From Camelus dromedarius (taxonomy: Eukaryota): 64,000 nt of DNA. The stretch is from assembly GCF_036321535.1 (NCBI RefSeq), contig NC_087436.1, positions 37,698,001-37,762,000 on the forward strand, in the 5' to 3' direction. The notes beneath the pieces were generated by a model. It saw nothing but the letters and a program-made list of their open reading frames with translations. It was not told the DNA's origin and did no database searches. Position 1 is the stretch's first letter. Every line of letters begins with the position of its first letter. The position numbers and the translations under genes were made by a program. Below, piece after piece: positions 12,156-24,320 of the stretch.

Positions 12156-12799
12156 GTGGCAAAGGCCATAGCTTACAGTAGCATTATGGAGAAGAAAGAT
12201 AAAAAGTGAGAACTTTATAAGAAAATGTATACCTATTTATCAGAAAACTGTAGCACTTTCTTTTTTCTTTTCTTTCTATTACAACTATAACCATTGGTTT
12301 TAATGACATTTTGGGGTTCCAGTCATAAGAGAGAGCTTTTAATAGAAAGGCATACTGTTAACCATAATGACTGCTGCATAATGCCTGTGTTTTTGAAATC
12401 CATTGTTGTCTAACAGCTGAGTTTCACCTGATTATAATTTTCCATTTTATATTACATTGGTCTGGGATGAATATTAAAAATATTTCCTCCTGAATTGAAG
12501 TTTAATCAGTAAAAAGTACAATTACCCAGTAGAGACTTCAATAACCTCTTAAAGCCATTTATATATCACTACTGGATTCTTCCTGGACCAATGTAATAGA
12601 AGCTAATGATTATATAAAATAGAAATGAATTGTGATGACCTTCAGAAACTAAATAATATGCAGAAATATAATTTTATAGTCAATGTGTGAGACCTACCGA
12701 TTCTTGCCTACTTGGGAAGAAATAGAAGAGCTTTGTGATGTATAAACATGCTTTGTATCAGTGTCTACAGACATAAAATTATAATAAAACATAAACCCT

Positions 12800-13045
12800 T
12801 ATTATGTAGGAACTTAAGTATTTTTTAAAACATTGTTTTAATCTTCACAACAATGCTATCAAGTAGGTTTTATTATTACACCATTTTACAGATGAAGAAA
12901 CTGAGGCTTGGAGAATTTAAGTAGCATCTCTAAATTAGGAAGTTAGGAAGTTTTTAAATTAGGAAATTAGGAGTTAAGAAGACTGAGCCCTGGGCTTAGA
13001 TTCCAGGTGTATAAGACTTCAAAACCTGTGCTTTGAATCACATCC
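12800..13045 (-). mobile_element. MIR SINE
   Basis: 'aatcttcacaacaa...ccattttacagatgaagaaactgaggct', the MIR core in reverse orientation. Confidence 0.8.
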
Positions 13046-14319
13046 TGTAGTGCCCTTGAAAATCAACCTCTCTCACCATATTAAAAATTTCTAAAATAAT
13101 ACATATAAAAATAAGCCTGGGGGCCTTAACTTGGTTAATTATACAGCTAGTATCTAATGCTCAATGATCTCTCCTTCCTAAGAACTCACAGCATATATTA
13201 CCAGTGCTTCTCATTTGACATTTCGGATATCACAGGTAAAAGAACTATGTAGCTGGTACTATGTAAGAGTAAGTGCATAATAAATGTGTTATGACCTGGA
13301 TCTTGCTTGGGCAGCCCTGGTGGAAATTGAAAAGGTATGTTACTGTCCAAAATTTGTCCCTCCCTGCACTTGCCTGTGGCTTGTCTGCAGCAGGTGAGGA
13401 GGGCTGATCATGGCGAGGGGACCACCATAAAAAGAAATCCCTTCCTTAAAAATCTACCTGCTCGGGATCCCTGTCGCTCCTCTTCCAGCTCCCAAAGCTG
13501 ACACTATCTCAAAGCTCAGGCTAGGTCATGAGAATTGTCAGACGCTCTGAAATCACCCTTGTCACCAACATCGCACGTGCCATCATTTAATTTCGTACTG
13601 ATTCTTGTTATTTTTTGTTTCATTTAATCGGAAAGCTCCTTTTGATTTGTAAGTCCAACCTAATTGCTCCAAATTCTAAAAAAGAATTTTGAGGTATTGA
13701 TTGTTAAACAAATGTGGGTTTAAAAATCTTTTTATGATACAGATCTTTTTGTTGTCTTATTATATGACTAATATTTTTATTCTGCACTATTCAAGAATAC
13801 ATACACAAATGATCAGTATAGTCTGTGTTTTGGGCTAGAAATACCAAAAATCAAGCAATGGAAAGAAAAATGAGTGAAAAAATTAGACTCTGTTTCTGAT
13901 CATCTATACAAAGAAACTATTTCTTAAAACCACTATACATTGTATTCAGATAATAAAGACTTAAAATATGTTATTTATATTTAAATGAAAAGGATCCTTT
14001 CAAAAATGTGGATATTTAAGTTAACATCAATTAGTGTACTTTATAGATTGTCCTAGTTCTTGGTTTTTATTAATTTCCTATGACTCCTGACAAATTTATT
14101 TTTCTGACCCCAATATATGTAGGTATATATAGGTACTTTATCCTAGTATCTTTTTTTTTTTTGCAATTATTCCTTTTTTTTATAATTTAAACTGAAATAG
14201 TGGCTCTTATGTCTATACATAGAATATTTATAGAGTGGTAGCCTTGTGATTGTTAGAAGATACAGTGGGTGCATCATGGGCGAATTTCTCTGATAGCACT
14301 AGATCCTCCTGTAACACTG

Positions 14320-14850
14320 CCAGGGTCTGGGGCAAGAATGCAAGGAGAATTGCATACTTTATGTATAAATATTTAAATGTTATGGCTCAAGCTTAGAAGC
14401 TATTGAAGTATAGTCTGTCCTCCTATTGATAAATATCCTGGCAGGCCAGAGTCAAATTCGGACTGCTCAGAGTCCAGCCAGCTCTGCCAGGACCCAGTGG
14501 CACCAGGAGACCAGAGCCATTGTCCACCACCTTCTCCTCCCACCCTCCCTCTCTGAGGGGTCTTGAAGGTGAATTTGAGGACAGTCCAGACAGCACATCA
14601 CAACTTGACCCATATCGCCCTCAGCACCTCATAAACAGCACTCCTTGGCTTCGGGCCTAGGGAAGAGGACCACATGGGGCCTGGAAGCAGACCCAGGGTC
14701 ACTCGGCAGAGAATTTGGGGGTCTGAGTGGAGGAGCCACAGGCTCATGCTAAAGGAAGGCAGACACACTGTGGGGTGGGGGGGGGGGGGGAGTCTGGCTG
14801 GAGGAGGCCAGAGCAGGGTCCTCCCTGGCCCAGGATTTAGGTCGGTAGGT
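14320..14850. mobile_element. MER115/Zaphod-like hAT-Tip100 relic
   Basis: 'ccagggtctggggcaagaatgc...atgtataaatatttaaatgttat' resembles the recalled consensus; boundaries uncertain. Confidence 0.35.
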
Positions 14851-15494
14851 ACAGAGTACCACATCGAACAGTCTTCAGGTCAACTAATTCCCAGCCTTGC
14901 TCTCAGTTACATCTGTGGTTCTTTTAGAGTACCTTGGCGACACACTGAAATCAAATCTTCTTTCAGGAACTAAAGATCTAAATAAAGGTTTTCGAATTAT
15001 TTGAGACTTACTTGGCTTTCCCTGTTCATAGCATTAAATAATGGCATTTTCCCACACTGGGTTCCAGTTTCTGTTTAAACCTATGATTTTACAAAGAACA
15101 TTTTAATCTCATTTTATCTGTTATCAGAATGGGATGCCAAATGACTTCCATGTTTCCGGAACAATTATGGCACAATAGAGTCAGCATAACCTTGAAAACA
15201 GCTTGTTTATTTCCTCGTTTGTGGAACGTCAGAAGGCTGTGTTGTTCTGCCTGTGTTGTACGCCAGTCACTTCTGGACCTTCCAAAATTTCCATATGGTG
15301 CCGAGTTGAACTCTGTCTAATGAGGTGGAGCTCAACTCTTACATAGTTGGAGAGGCACGAAATTTGGGGATGTGAGACTGTGTTGTGAGCAAACACAATT
15401 ATTTCTTTACAATACAGAGATCAAAGCCCAACCACTATAATTGGCCTTTACCAATGTCTAGTAATAACTCATTAACTGAATACTGACTGAACTC

Positions 15495-15918
15495 ATTACC
15501 ATAACAAAGTTCCACAAACTAGGTGGCTTAAAACAGCAAAAATTTATGTTCTCACAGCTCTGGAGGCCAGAAGTCCAAAATCAAGGGTTGGCAGTGTTAC
15601 GCCCCCTTCCGAGCCTCCAGAGGAGGGTCCTTTCTTGCCTCTTTCAGCCTCTAGTAGCCCCAGATGGCCTTGGCTGTCACAGCAGAACTCCAGTCTCTGC
15701 CTCTGTCTTCACATGCCTGTCTTCCCTCCTTGTCTGTGTTTAAATTTTCCTCTTCTTATAAGGACACCAGTGCTATTGGATTAGGCTAATCCAGTATAAC
15801 CTCGTATTAACCTGCTTATGTCTGCAAAGTCCCCATTCCCAAATAAGGGCACAGTCACAGGTACCAGGGGCAAGGACTTAAGCACATCTTTTGGGGGGAC
15901 ACAATTTACCCCATAACA
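15495..15918 (-). mobile_element. MLT1 (MaLR) solo LTR, MLT1B/C-like
   Basis: 'ccataacaaagttccacaaactaggtggcttaaaacagc...tctggaggccagaagtccaaaatcaagg...cttataaggacaccag...acaatttaccccataaca'. Confidence 0.85.
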
Positions 15919-15924
15919 CTAGCT

Positions 15925-16140
15925 ATGCCAGGAACTGTATTTTAGGTGTTTTATACTTATCATCTCATCAAAACCCTCATAGCGACCTTGTGAAACGAGG
16001 ACTGCTCCTGTCCCTGCTTTTTAAATTGTGGAGACTGAGGAGCAAAGAAATAAGGTAATTTGTCTAACCCCACCTGGCTAGTTGTTAGCTGACACAGACA
16101 AGCCCGTGCAGCCTAACTCCAAAGCCCACATTATAACCAC
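15925..16140 (-). mobile_element. MIR SINE
   Basis: 'tatgccaggaactgt...gtggagactgagg...taaggtaatttgtc...taactccaaagccc'. Confidence 0.6.
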
Positions 16141-16862
16141 GAAGCAATTTGGACCACCCCATGCTCTACATTAAGTAAAATATAATAGTGTTGTATTTTG
16201 CACATATAGTATTTAAATAAATTCTGATGGTCCTGTCCTGAAAGCCAGAATCTTTATTTCTCACTTTGTTTCTCTTTATAACTGTCTATATCTAAACATT
16301 ACAGATGACTTTACAACAGTAAATAGCTTCGATTTGTTGGATTTTTTCCAGCCTCTAATAGTATGAAGAGATAAGGGAACCAGTGTAAATAGTAAAAACT
16401 ACTTAAGAAATGTAAGAGAAGAAACTTAGAGACTATGCTTTGCAGAATTTTCAATACAGATGGATAAAATATCAGTAATATTTTTCTTTTGTAAAATACG
16501 TTCCTTTCTTAATTATCTCGCCAGTGGTTAATAGAGAAGATTAATGAAACTTAAAGGAAGATAAATCTATGCCTGTTTCTAGATTGTTAGAAAAGAATTC
16601 CAGGAGAAATGACACCTCACCTTTAATGCTCTAAAGGTCAGCTTAGCAGTAAACTAAGTGATTTTGCTAAGGGACTATTAAATACAGTGCAAAAGCATAT
16701 TTACATGTACAGCAACATATGAAAATACAGATGGTAAATATATTCCTATTAAAACACTGATTTCATAAGCAAAGACAAAACATTCTAATTAGCAGTCTGT
16801 ATGGATAGATACAGGTAGATAGACAAATAGATAGGGAGGGCCTAGATCAGAAAAATGGACAC

Positions 16863-16932
16863 AATATTGCTACGATGTATATCAAAGAAGTTCTGCCTAT
16901 GTTTCTTCTAGGAGTTTTATGGTTTCCAGTTG
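16863..16932 (-). mobile_element. Short L1 ORF2 fragment
   Basis: 'atattgctacgatgtatatcaaagaagttctgcctatgtttcttctaggagttttatgg' is homologous to 56437-56495 of the L1 copy in this window. Confidence 0.7.
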
Positions 16933-17668
16933 ATTTTTTTTTTTAATGTAATGGCCACAGTTCTTAGAAGAATATTTTTTAAGCCTGGAAAAGTAACTTC
17001 TTATCTTCCTATTACTAAAATGTTGGTTTAGCGTGTCTTTTAAATACCAAATGCAGAACAGCAAGTATAAAACATTTAAGATACACTAAATTGTTACCAT
17101 GAATAAGGAAAACACCCTATTTCTTGGCGATAACATGATTTTTTTTTCCTGTTACCATAAGTAGACTTCATCGACTTTGTCTTTTCTGTGGTTCTATTTG
17201 TGGCAGTCTGTCCTGGTCCTACGAAAATATTCCAAATTTTCGGTATCGGTTTTCGTGATACACTATCACACCTTAAGAACTGTGATCTTTTCTATGGGTT
17301 TTTAAGCTAATTTATTTGGCGGTTCTTTCTCTGGGGTGAGTACTGAACCGAATAGTAACACATGTGACTTACTTTCATAAGCAAATACAAGCCACCAAAT
17401 GCCAGCGAGAATGAGAATAGACTATTCCTCTTCGGGCATGGTTAGAACTAGGCCTCAGGTGAGCTCACCAAATGGTGAGCGTATGTCAGTGCCGAAAAGA
17501 ATAACCCTCCGTTTGCCGCCGCCTGATTTCTCAGTGCAAACTCGTAGGGGCTCATGAATAAAATACTTCTTTTTCTGGCCAACCTCGAAGTTTGTTAGCC
17601 TTCAGCCAGAAGAAGAGAGATGAATTTTTAATTTTGAATCTGAAACATTTTCCTGCTGTTTCTCATAG

Positions 17669-17697
17669 GTTTCTCAGAAAAGAAAGTCAACCAGTAG
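17669..17697 (+). CDS. TNIP3: TNIP3 terminal coding exon, (G)FSEKKVNQ-stop
   Basis: Acceptor ctgtttctcatag|GT completes the phase-1 Gly codon; TAG at 17695-17697. Resembles recalled human C-terminus GLSSVKKVHP. Confidence 0.85.
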
Positions 17698-19210
17698 ACG
17701 CGCACACAGCGGAGGAGCGCGCGGGCCCGGCGGGAGCCTGGCGGCGGGCCCCCCCACTCCCTCCGCTCTGCCGCGGCCGTGTCTGCGCCGCTGCCGGTCG
17801 GCTGCTGCGCTCCTGGGGCGCGCTGAGGGTCCCCTCTGGCACGGATGCGGCCGTGGCCGCGACGGCCGAGGTGCTGACCAGGTCCGGGGAGCTGGACTCT
17901 ACAGCCGTCACAGCTCCCAGTTTCCTCCCAGTGAGGTTTGCCGACGGATTCTGCGCCGTTCCCCCAAGCTTTCCTCCGCACCTCGCTGCTGGATTTACAG
18001 GGATGATTTCATGATATCAGCACCTCCACTTGGGGGTGCAATGATATTGCATGTTGATTTAAATATTTAAAAATTTCCCCTTGGGGGGAAATTTTCTGCA
18101 GCTTTAAAACTTTAATATTTGCTCCCATTATTTTTATAGGGGCTTAATTCTTCAGCCAGTGTAACTAGATGCTATGTTCATCATTGTTGGTCTTCGTGAT
18201 CCGGTAAATAGGATTGAAGAGGTGTATATATTTCCTTAAACTAAATGAGTATTTCAGCCTGAATAAAATGGTAAACTTGGAACTATTCTTTAATCAAATC
18301 ATTTCTTTAAGATGAGAAATTGTGAGCCTACTTCATTTGTAGGTGGATTAGATTATGAAATATAAAAATCCTAATGTGATGGTGATGTCTTTGCTACATT
18401 CGTACATACTAACAGAAGTAGTTCAGAGATATATGGATTTGCAGCTAAATCTGTTTTCCTTCCTGTGCATGTGAGTAATTATTAATGAAAAACATAACTC
18501 TGACTTCTCACACCAATTAAATTGGAAAACAAATGTAGCCAAATTTTATTGCAATTAATTTATACAGGGACGTAACAGATGTCTAAAGCTTAAGCAGATT
18601 TAAAAGTATTAAGTTCATCCATTTAATAAGGATTCTGCGAGGACCAACTGGTGATCCTCTTTGTGAGGAGAGATAAAGCAGGAATGTGAGATCCATGGAT
18701 ATCCATACTTCTAGGATCTAAAGAAAACCAGGAGCATTGGCTGAAACTGCAGTCGAATAAACAATCCAGAGATACAGCTGAGACAATTTAGCTCCGACTT
18801 CCAGAAGTTATGCTGCTTAATTCCAGCTCAGTTTTTTGTTTTTCAGTTTCTGGAAATACTTGAAGCTTTGTGTAGTAGGAAGGGGAAAGAGCCTTACGAA
18901 GTTAAATACTTTCAACCTCAGTCTCTGGCTACTTAATTCTTGATAATTCTTAAGAAAGAATTGTCCCTCTCTTAATTCACTAAAGCTTTATTTTTCCTAC
19001 TACTTATTAAAGAGATACATCATTTTGGGCCAATACTTCACTACTGAGTGAATCAGAAAAACAACAGTTTTATTGAAACATTTTGGTGTACTTTTTAAAA
19101 TTTCCATTTCCTCAGATTAGTGAAAAAGTCATTGTGATACCAACTTCTAGTAGTAGATTATTTGCCAACCAAGCTGTGCCCACCAGAATAAAAACTGAAC
19201 ATACATACAA
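17698..19210 (+). other. TNIP3: TNIP3 3' UTR (3' end uncertain)
   Basis: Follows the stop codon; AATAAA hexamers at 18262-18267, 18756-18761 and 19187-19192. Confidence 0.55.
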
Positions 19211-20347
19211 GAAGTACCCCTTGATAGTCTTGATACAGGTCAGTTCAACAGCAGTAAAACATGATTTAACCATCCTATTACCATTATTGAAGTCATCCTA
19301 TTACTAATTAGCAAGTTTCCAAGCATTGGCAAGATTGTACAAATGCTAATGTATTGGGAGAAAATCCAATTTAAGTGAGACCTAATTTCATCTGAACTCC
19401 CCGTGGGTGACTACAGATGTGCGAAGAGGACCCCTTGCTCAGAGTACAACTGTCGTTCTAAGAAGATAGATTTGCACAGCCCTGGCCTGAGAGTCAGCCA
19501 GTCCCTCCTGTGTCCCTCCCCCTGAGTCATTTGTTTGGGGACATCTCTGTCTCAGCTCATTAGAAAGGCCATACCCCTCCGCTGTGCTACTTGCTTCATT
19601 ATCCCACGCAATTTGTAGAAACTGTGTGAGGAGAGCTGTGTCCCTTTGAAATGAGAGGAAGTCACACCACACAGTCTCTTTTCCTTTGGAAATGTAAGAC
19701 TGGGCACATTTTAGGTTTTCAATGATCATGGAGAATTTGAGCTTTGACTTGAAGGTATGACATGAAGAGAAGGGTATATTTACTTTGTCATGGTTGTGAT
19801 GTGATGTCAGAAGGAAACTTTCCTCGGGGTTCAGTTAGGTCTGGGATTTAGGCCAGCCTTAACACTCAATAGCATCAATTTTTCTTTAAACCCCATTTTC
19901 ATTATCAACAAAAAGGATATTTTGGACTAAATTTCTAATATTATTAAGCATGGACTAACTTCTTGAGGATTTTCCTTAGTTTATTTATTGAGCTCCATCA
20001 TCCGGCAAGAGAGTTATAAGTGCCCCCTTGTTGCAGGTGATTAATCAAGGTCTCATGGCAAGAGAAGGGCAGAGCCAGGATTCAAAACTGACCCAGAGCC
20101 GCCAGTTCTGTGCAAGCCACAATTCTGCTTTCTAGATTACCCCAGTAAGTTCTACTTGTTTTTATGGTTCTATGGGTTTTCACCAAATTGCTCTGCAAGA
20201 GCATATTTCTTAGGAGAAAATATTTTGGTAAGAAAAAATACTAGATACTGCATAGAATTTATGTTACCCCCTGAGTTAAGAATCTCATTTAAGCTCCTAC
20301 GTAGAAAAAGAAACATATACATTTAACGTTAAGATGAATTAAAGGAG

Positions 20348-20578
20348 TTAGAACACACCCTCGAACCATACACAAAAAAACTCAAAGCGGCTTAAAGACT
20401 TACATATAAGACATGACACCATAAAACTCCTAGAAGAGAACATAGGCAAAACATTCTCTGACATAAATCGTACCAACTTTTTTTAGATCAGTCTCCCAAG
20501 GCAATAGAAACAAAAGCAAAAAGAAACAAATGGGACCTAATCAAACTTACAAGCTTTTGCACACCAAAGAAAACCATC

Positions 20579-20610
<32 letters not shown>

Positions 20611-21656
20611 AATGAATAGACAACCTATGGACCGGGAGAAAACATTTTCAAATGATGCAACCAACAAGGGCAAATTTCCAAAATACACAAACCACTTATG
20701 CAACTGAACTTCAAAAACAACAACAACAACACAATTAAAAATTGGGCAAAAGACCTAAAATAGACATTTCTCCAAAGAAGATATACAGATGGCTAATAGA
20801 CACATGAAAAGATGGTCAACATCACTAACCATTAGAGAAATGCAAATCAAAACTATAATGAGGTATCGCCTCACACCGGTCAGAATGACCATCATTTAAA
20901 AAGTCTACAAATAACAAATGCTGGAGAGGGTGTGGAGAAAAGGGAACCTTCCTACACTGTTGGTGGGAATGTGAATTGGTGCATCCACTATGAAAATCAG
21001 TATGGAGGTTCCTTAAAATAACTAAAAATAGAGTTGCCATATGACCCAGCAATCCCACTCCTGGGCATATATCAGGAGAAAACTAAAATTTGAAAAGATA
21101 CATGCACCCCAGTGTTCACAGCAGCACTATTTATAATAGCCAAGACATGGAAGCATCCCAAATGTCCATTGAGAGATGACTGGATAAAGAAGTTGTGGTA
21201 TGTGTGTATGTATGTGTGCGTGTGTGTGTGTGTATGTGTGTATATATATATATATATACACACATACACACACAATGAAATACTACTCAGCCATAAAAAG
21301 AATGAAATAATGTTATTACAGTAACATGGATGGACCCAGAGATTATCATACTAAGTGAAGTAAGTCAGAAGGAGAAAGACAAATACCATATGATATCACT
21401 TATATGTGGAATCTAAAATATGACACAAATGAACTTATTTATGAAACAGAAAGAGACTCACAGACATAGAAAACAAACTTATGGTTACCAAAGGGGAAAG
21501 GGGTTGGGGAAGGGATAAATTAGGAGTTTAGGATTAGCAGATACAAACTACTGTATATAAAATGGTAGAATAACAAGGCCCTACTATATAACACAGGAAA
21601 CTTTACTCAGTATCTTATAATAAACCATAATAGGAAAGAATATGAAAAGGATTCAG

Positions 21657-21687
<31 letters not shown>

Positions 21688-21704
21688 GTATGTATGTATA
21701 TATT

Positions 21705-21740
<36 letters not shown>

Positions 21741-21830
21741 GTATAACTGAATCACTTTGCTGCACACCAGAAACTAACACAATATTGTAAATCAACTATA
21801 CTTCAATAAAAAATAAATTAAAATTTAAAA
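20348..21830 (+). mobile_element. 5'-truncated LINE-1 (ORF2 3' end, 3' UTR, A-rich tail), cetartiodactyl type
   Basis: ORF track peptide MFTAALFIIAKTWKHPKCP...DDWIKKLWY is the L1 ORF2 C-terminus; ends with 'aaatcaactatacttcaataaaaaataaa'. Confidence 0.95.
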
Positions 21831-23989
21831 ATGTAAATGCATTAAATGTACAAGTATGGTCCTGAATGGTTGCTTTCATGTACCAGTACTTTTTCATGTA
21901 GCTCAGTCACTGGTAGAATTGAATCTAAAGGACATATGATCTCCCAATTCAATAATTCAATTTAACAATTATTCTTTAAATACCCACTTATTTTCAAAAA
22001 TGTCTAGGCAGCACAAAATATCTCACATTGCCTCTTGCTCTGTGCACTATTTTTGGTTGAATCCATACCTGGAGGGGAGGACAGAGTCATTTAGCAGCCA
22101 TTATTCTCCTCAATTTGAGGGTACTTTTGCCACTTTTCATTTCTGTCATTTTTCTTCCCATCTTCCTGGGCACCTGAATGACAGTAAATCCTAAGGAGAT
22201 ATAAAATCAGATGCATTGCCACTGCCACCACCCCATGAACTTCTTTTTGCTGGCTCAAAATTGCTTAAGCTCTAATTATCAGCTCAAAAGGAAAGAAAAT
22301 ATTTGCTATAATCCCTGCTTTTCAATAATTTTAGAAATCATTTCCCTTGCCTAGTTTCCTTCTCACATATCTACTCTTCACTCTCATCAGTCTTTCTTCC
22401 AAGGGAGAAAAGTGTCAAAGGGAAACTGTTATACATTTAGCCTTTGTGATTCCATAGACGAGGAAAGTTCTACCAGTACACTTGTTAGGCACACACCCAC
22501 GAGTTCAGCCAGACACCAGACACCACGCATGCACGCGTGTGCACACACACACCCTGCCTCTGCCTTCCCAACCTTCTAGGCAACACTGGGGGGGTCTGTA
22601 ATTTCTCCATTAATGGCTGGGTAGATTTTAAATAGAAAATTTTGCATAATCACACTAATTTTTTCCATCTTGCCTCAAATCTTTGTGTGTATAATATATT
22701 GCCGAGAATATTGACAAACTCTATCCTAAGCCGCCGATAGAAAGAACCAGTTAACTTGCCAGTGATTGCTCTAAGTAGCATAAAGAGAATTTAATGTTTG
22801 CATGTGAGTTTCACTGATTTGCGCCCTGCGCTCAGCAGTTGAAATAATTCCTCTCTGCTCTTCTTCCACTTTATTCCATTTCAGCATCAGAAGGAAGAGT
22901 ACAATTTATAAGGCTCATGACCCACTTCTTCAGTAAACTACACCCAACCCTTAGGTTTCCCAGCATGTTCAACTTACCACTGAGAATTAACTTGCTGGGA
23001 GTGTCCATCTTATTTTGATTTTCCTGAGTCTGCCCTTGGCTGGCAGGAGTGTGCTTGGGTGGACTGGCGATCCCTTTTGCACAACTGTGGGGGAACTCAC
23101 GGCTCCCTTCTTCCTCCTCTGTGGCTGTGGCATGATGACCCTTGTCAGCCAACACAGACACACTCAGCTGATAAGCACGAGCCCCCTCCACGCGGGACGC
23201 CTCTGCAAACAGGGGGGCTGGCTGTGCTGAAGCAGAAGAAAAATGGAAAAAGGAATCAAAGGAAGAAAACCTTTCTCTTGGTCCCCCTGGAAATCTGGTT
23301 TGTAGATTGTGTACTCAGGAAAGAACACATAGAGCACACCGCAGCAGGAACAAGCCAGCTCTGGGAACGGAATGAGAGCTTGCTGGGAGAATCAAAGTGG
23401 AACAAAACCTTGATCCCGACACAGTCATATCTGGAGGGTATTTTAAGAGATAAGGGTGCTGATGACGCTGCTCAGTGTGTCACCTCCCGGGCATTTGCCA
23501 CACTCAGGCTGTATCCACTTGCCCTGGGAAGGCAGGATGAGGGCATACGTGAGCAAGATCGCAGGGCCCCACCTAGGCTGAGATCCTCTGCATTTCCCAT
23601 AAGGGGTTACAGCTTTGAGCACGAGTTGGCATGTCAGGAATGAGACTTACACCTTCTCTCCTCCTTTGATCCTGTTTAAGTTCCATAGGTCCTTTCTCTC
23701 TGTTCCTGGGTGGAGGCCCCGATGTCTTCCTGCTTCCTGACCTCTCCTGAATTGCTTAAACTGAAAATATGTCTTTCTCTTCAATTTCCTCTATTTTTTA
23801 TAGTCTTCTCATATTCCTTTTATGTAACTCAAGTTTCAAAAAAGGCATGATGGATGCTAGCATGAACATAAACAGTATGACCCCAAGTGCTCTCAGGAGA
23901 TGTGGGAACTTACGTTGGGGGGTCTCCAGATTCCTATTTCATAATCCAGACCCCTCTCTTGATTCCTAATAAAGAGCTCAGCAGGTCCT

Positions 23990-24320
23990 AAACTGATGAA
24001 TCACGCCTTCCCTTCTAAAGCCATTCTGTCTTCTATTCGCTCTTTTCATTTACAGAATTGTCATGCATCTAGTCCTGCAAACCAGAGACCTGTGAAACAC
24101 TGGCCCCTTTGCCCTCTGCTTCTTCTAAGGGCCATCAGGTTGCTGCCCATTCTACCTCCCCAATATCTCCTGAATCTCTCTGTTTCTCTCCTGAGCCCTC
24201 CCCCTCAGCATCTGTTGATGTGCTTGCATCACCCCTCACCTGGGCTACACCTCCGGTCCACATCTCAGCTGAACACATTGCCCTGCATCCCTCCTAACCT
24301 CTCCAGGAGCGGCTTACATT
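23990..24320 (+). mobile_element. L2 LINE fragment
   Basis: 'ccatcaggttgctgcccattctacctccccaatatctcctgaatc...tcacccctcacctgggctac', a pyrimidine-rich L2 3' region. Confidence 0.5.

Noticed and set aside
12932..12978. TTAGG-containing repeats resembling interstitial telomere
   Set aside because: The unit is a degenerate TTAGGAA local duplication inside a MIR, not (TTAGGG)n.
17592..18014. 140-aa plus-strand ORF and two minus-strand ORFs over the TNIP3 last exon
   Set aside because: Not in the TNIP3 frame; open only because of the GC-rich patch.
22871..23643. 106-aa and 194-aa ORFs
   Set aside because: No recognisable homology, domain or supporting exon structure; likely chance ORFs in moderately GC-rich DNA.
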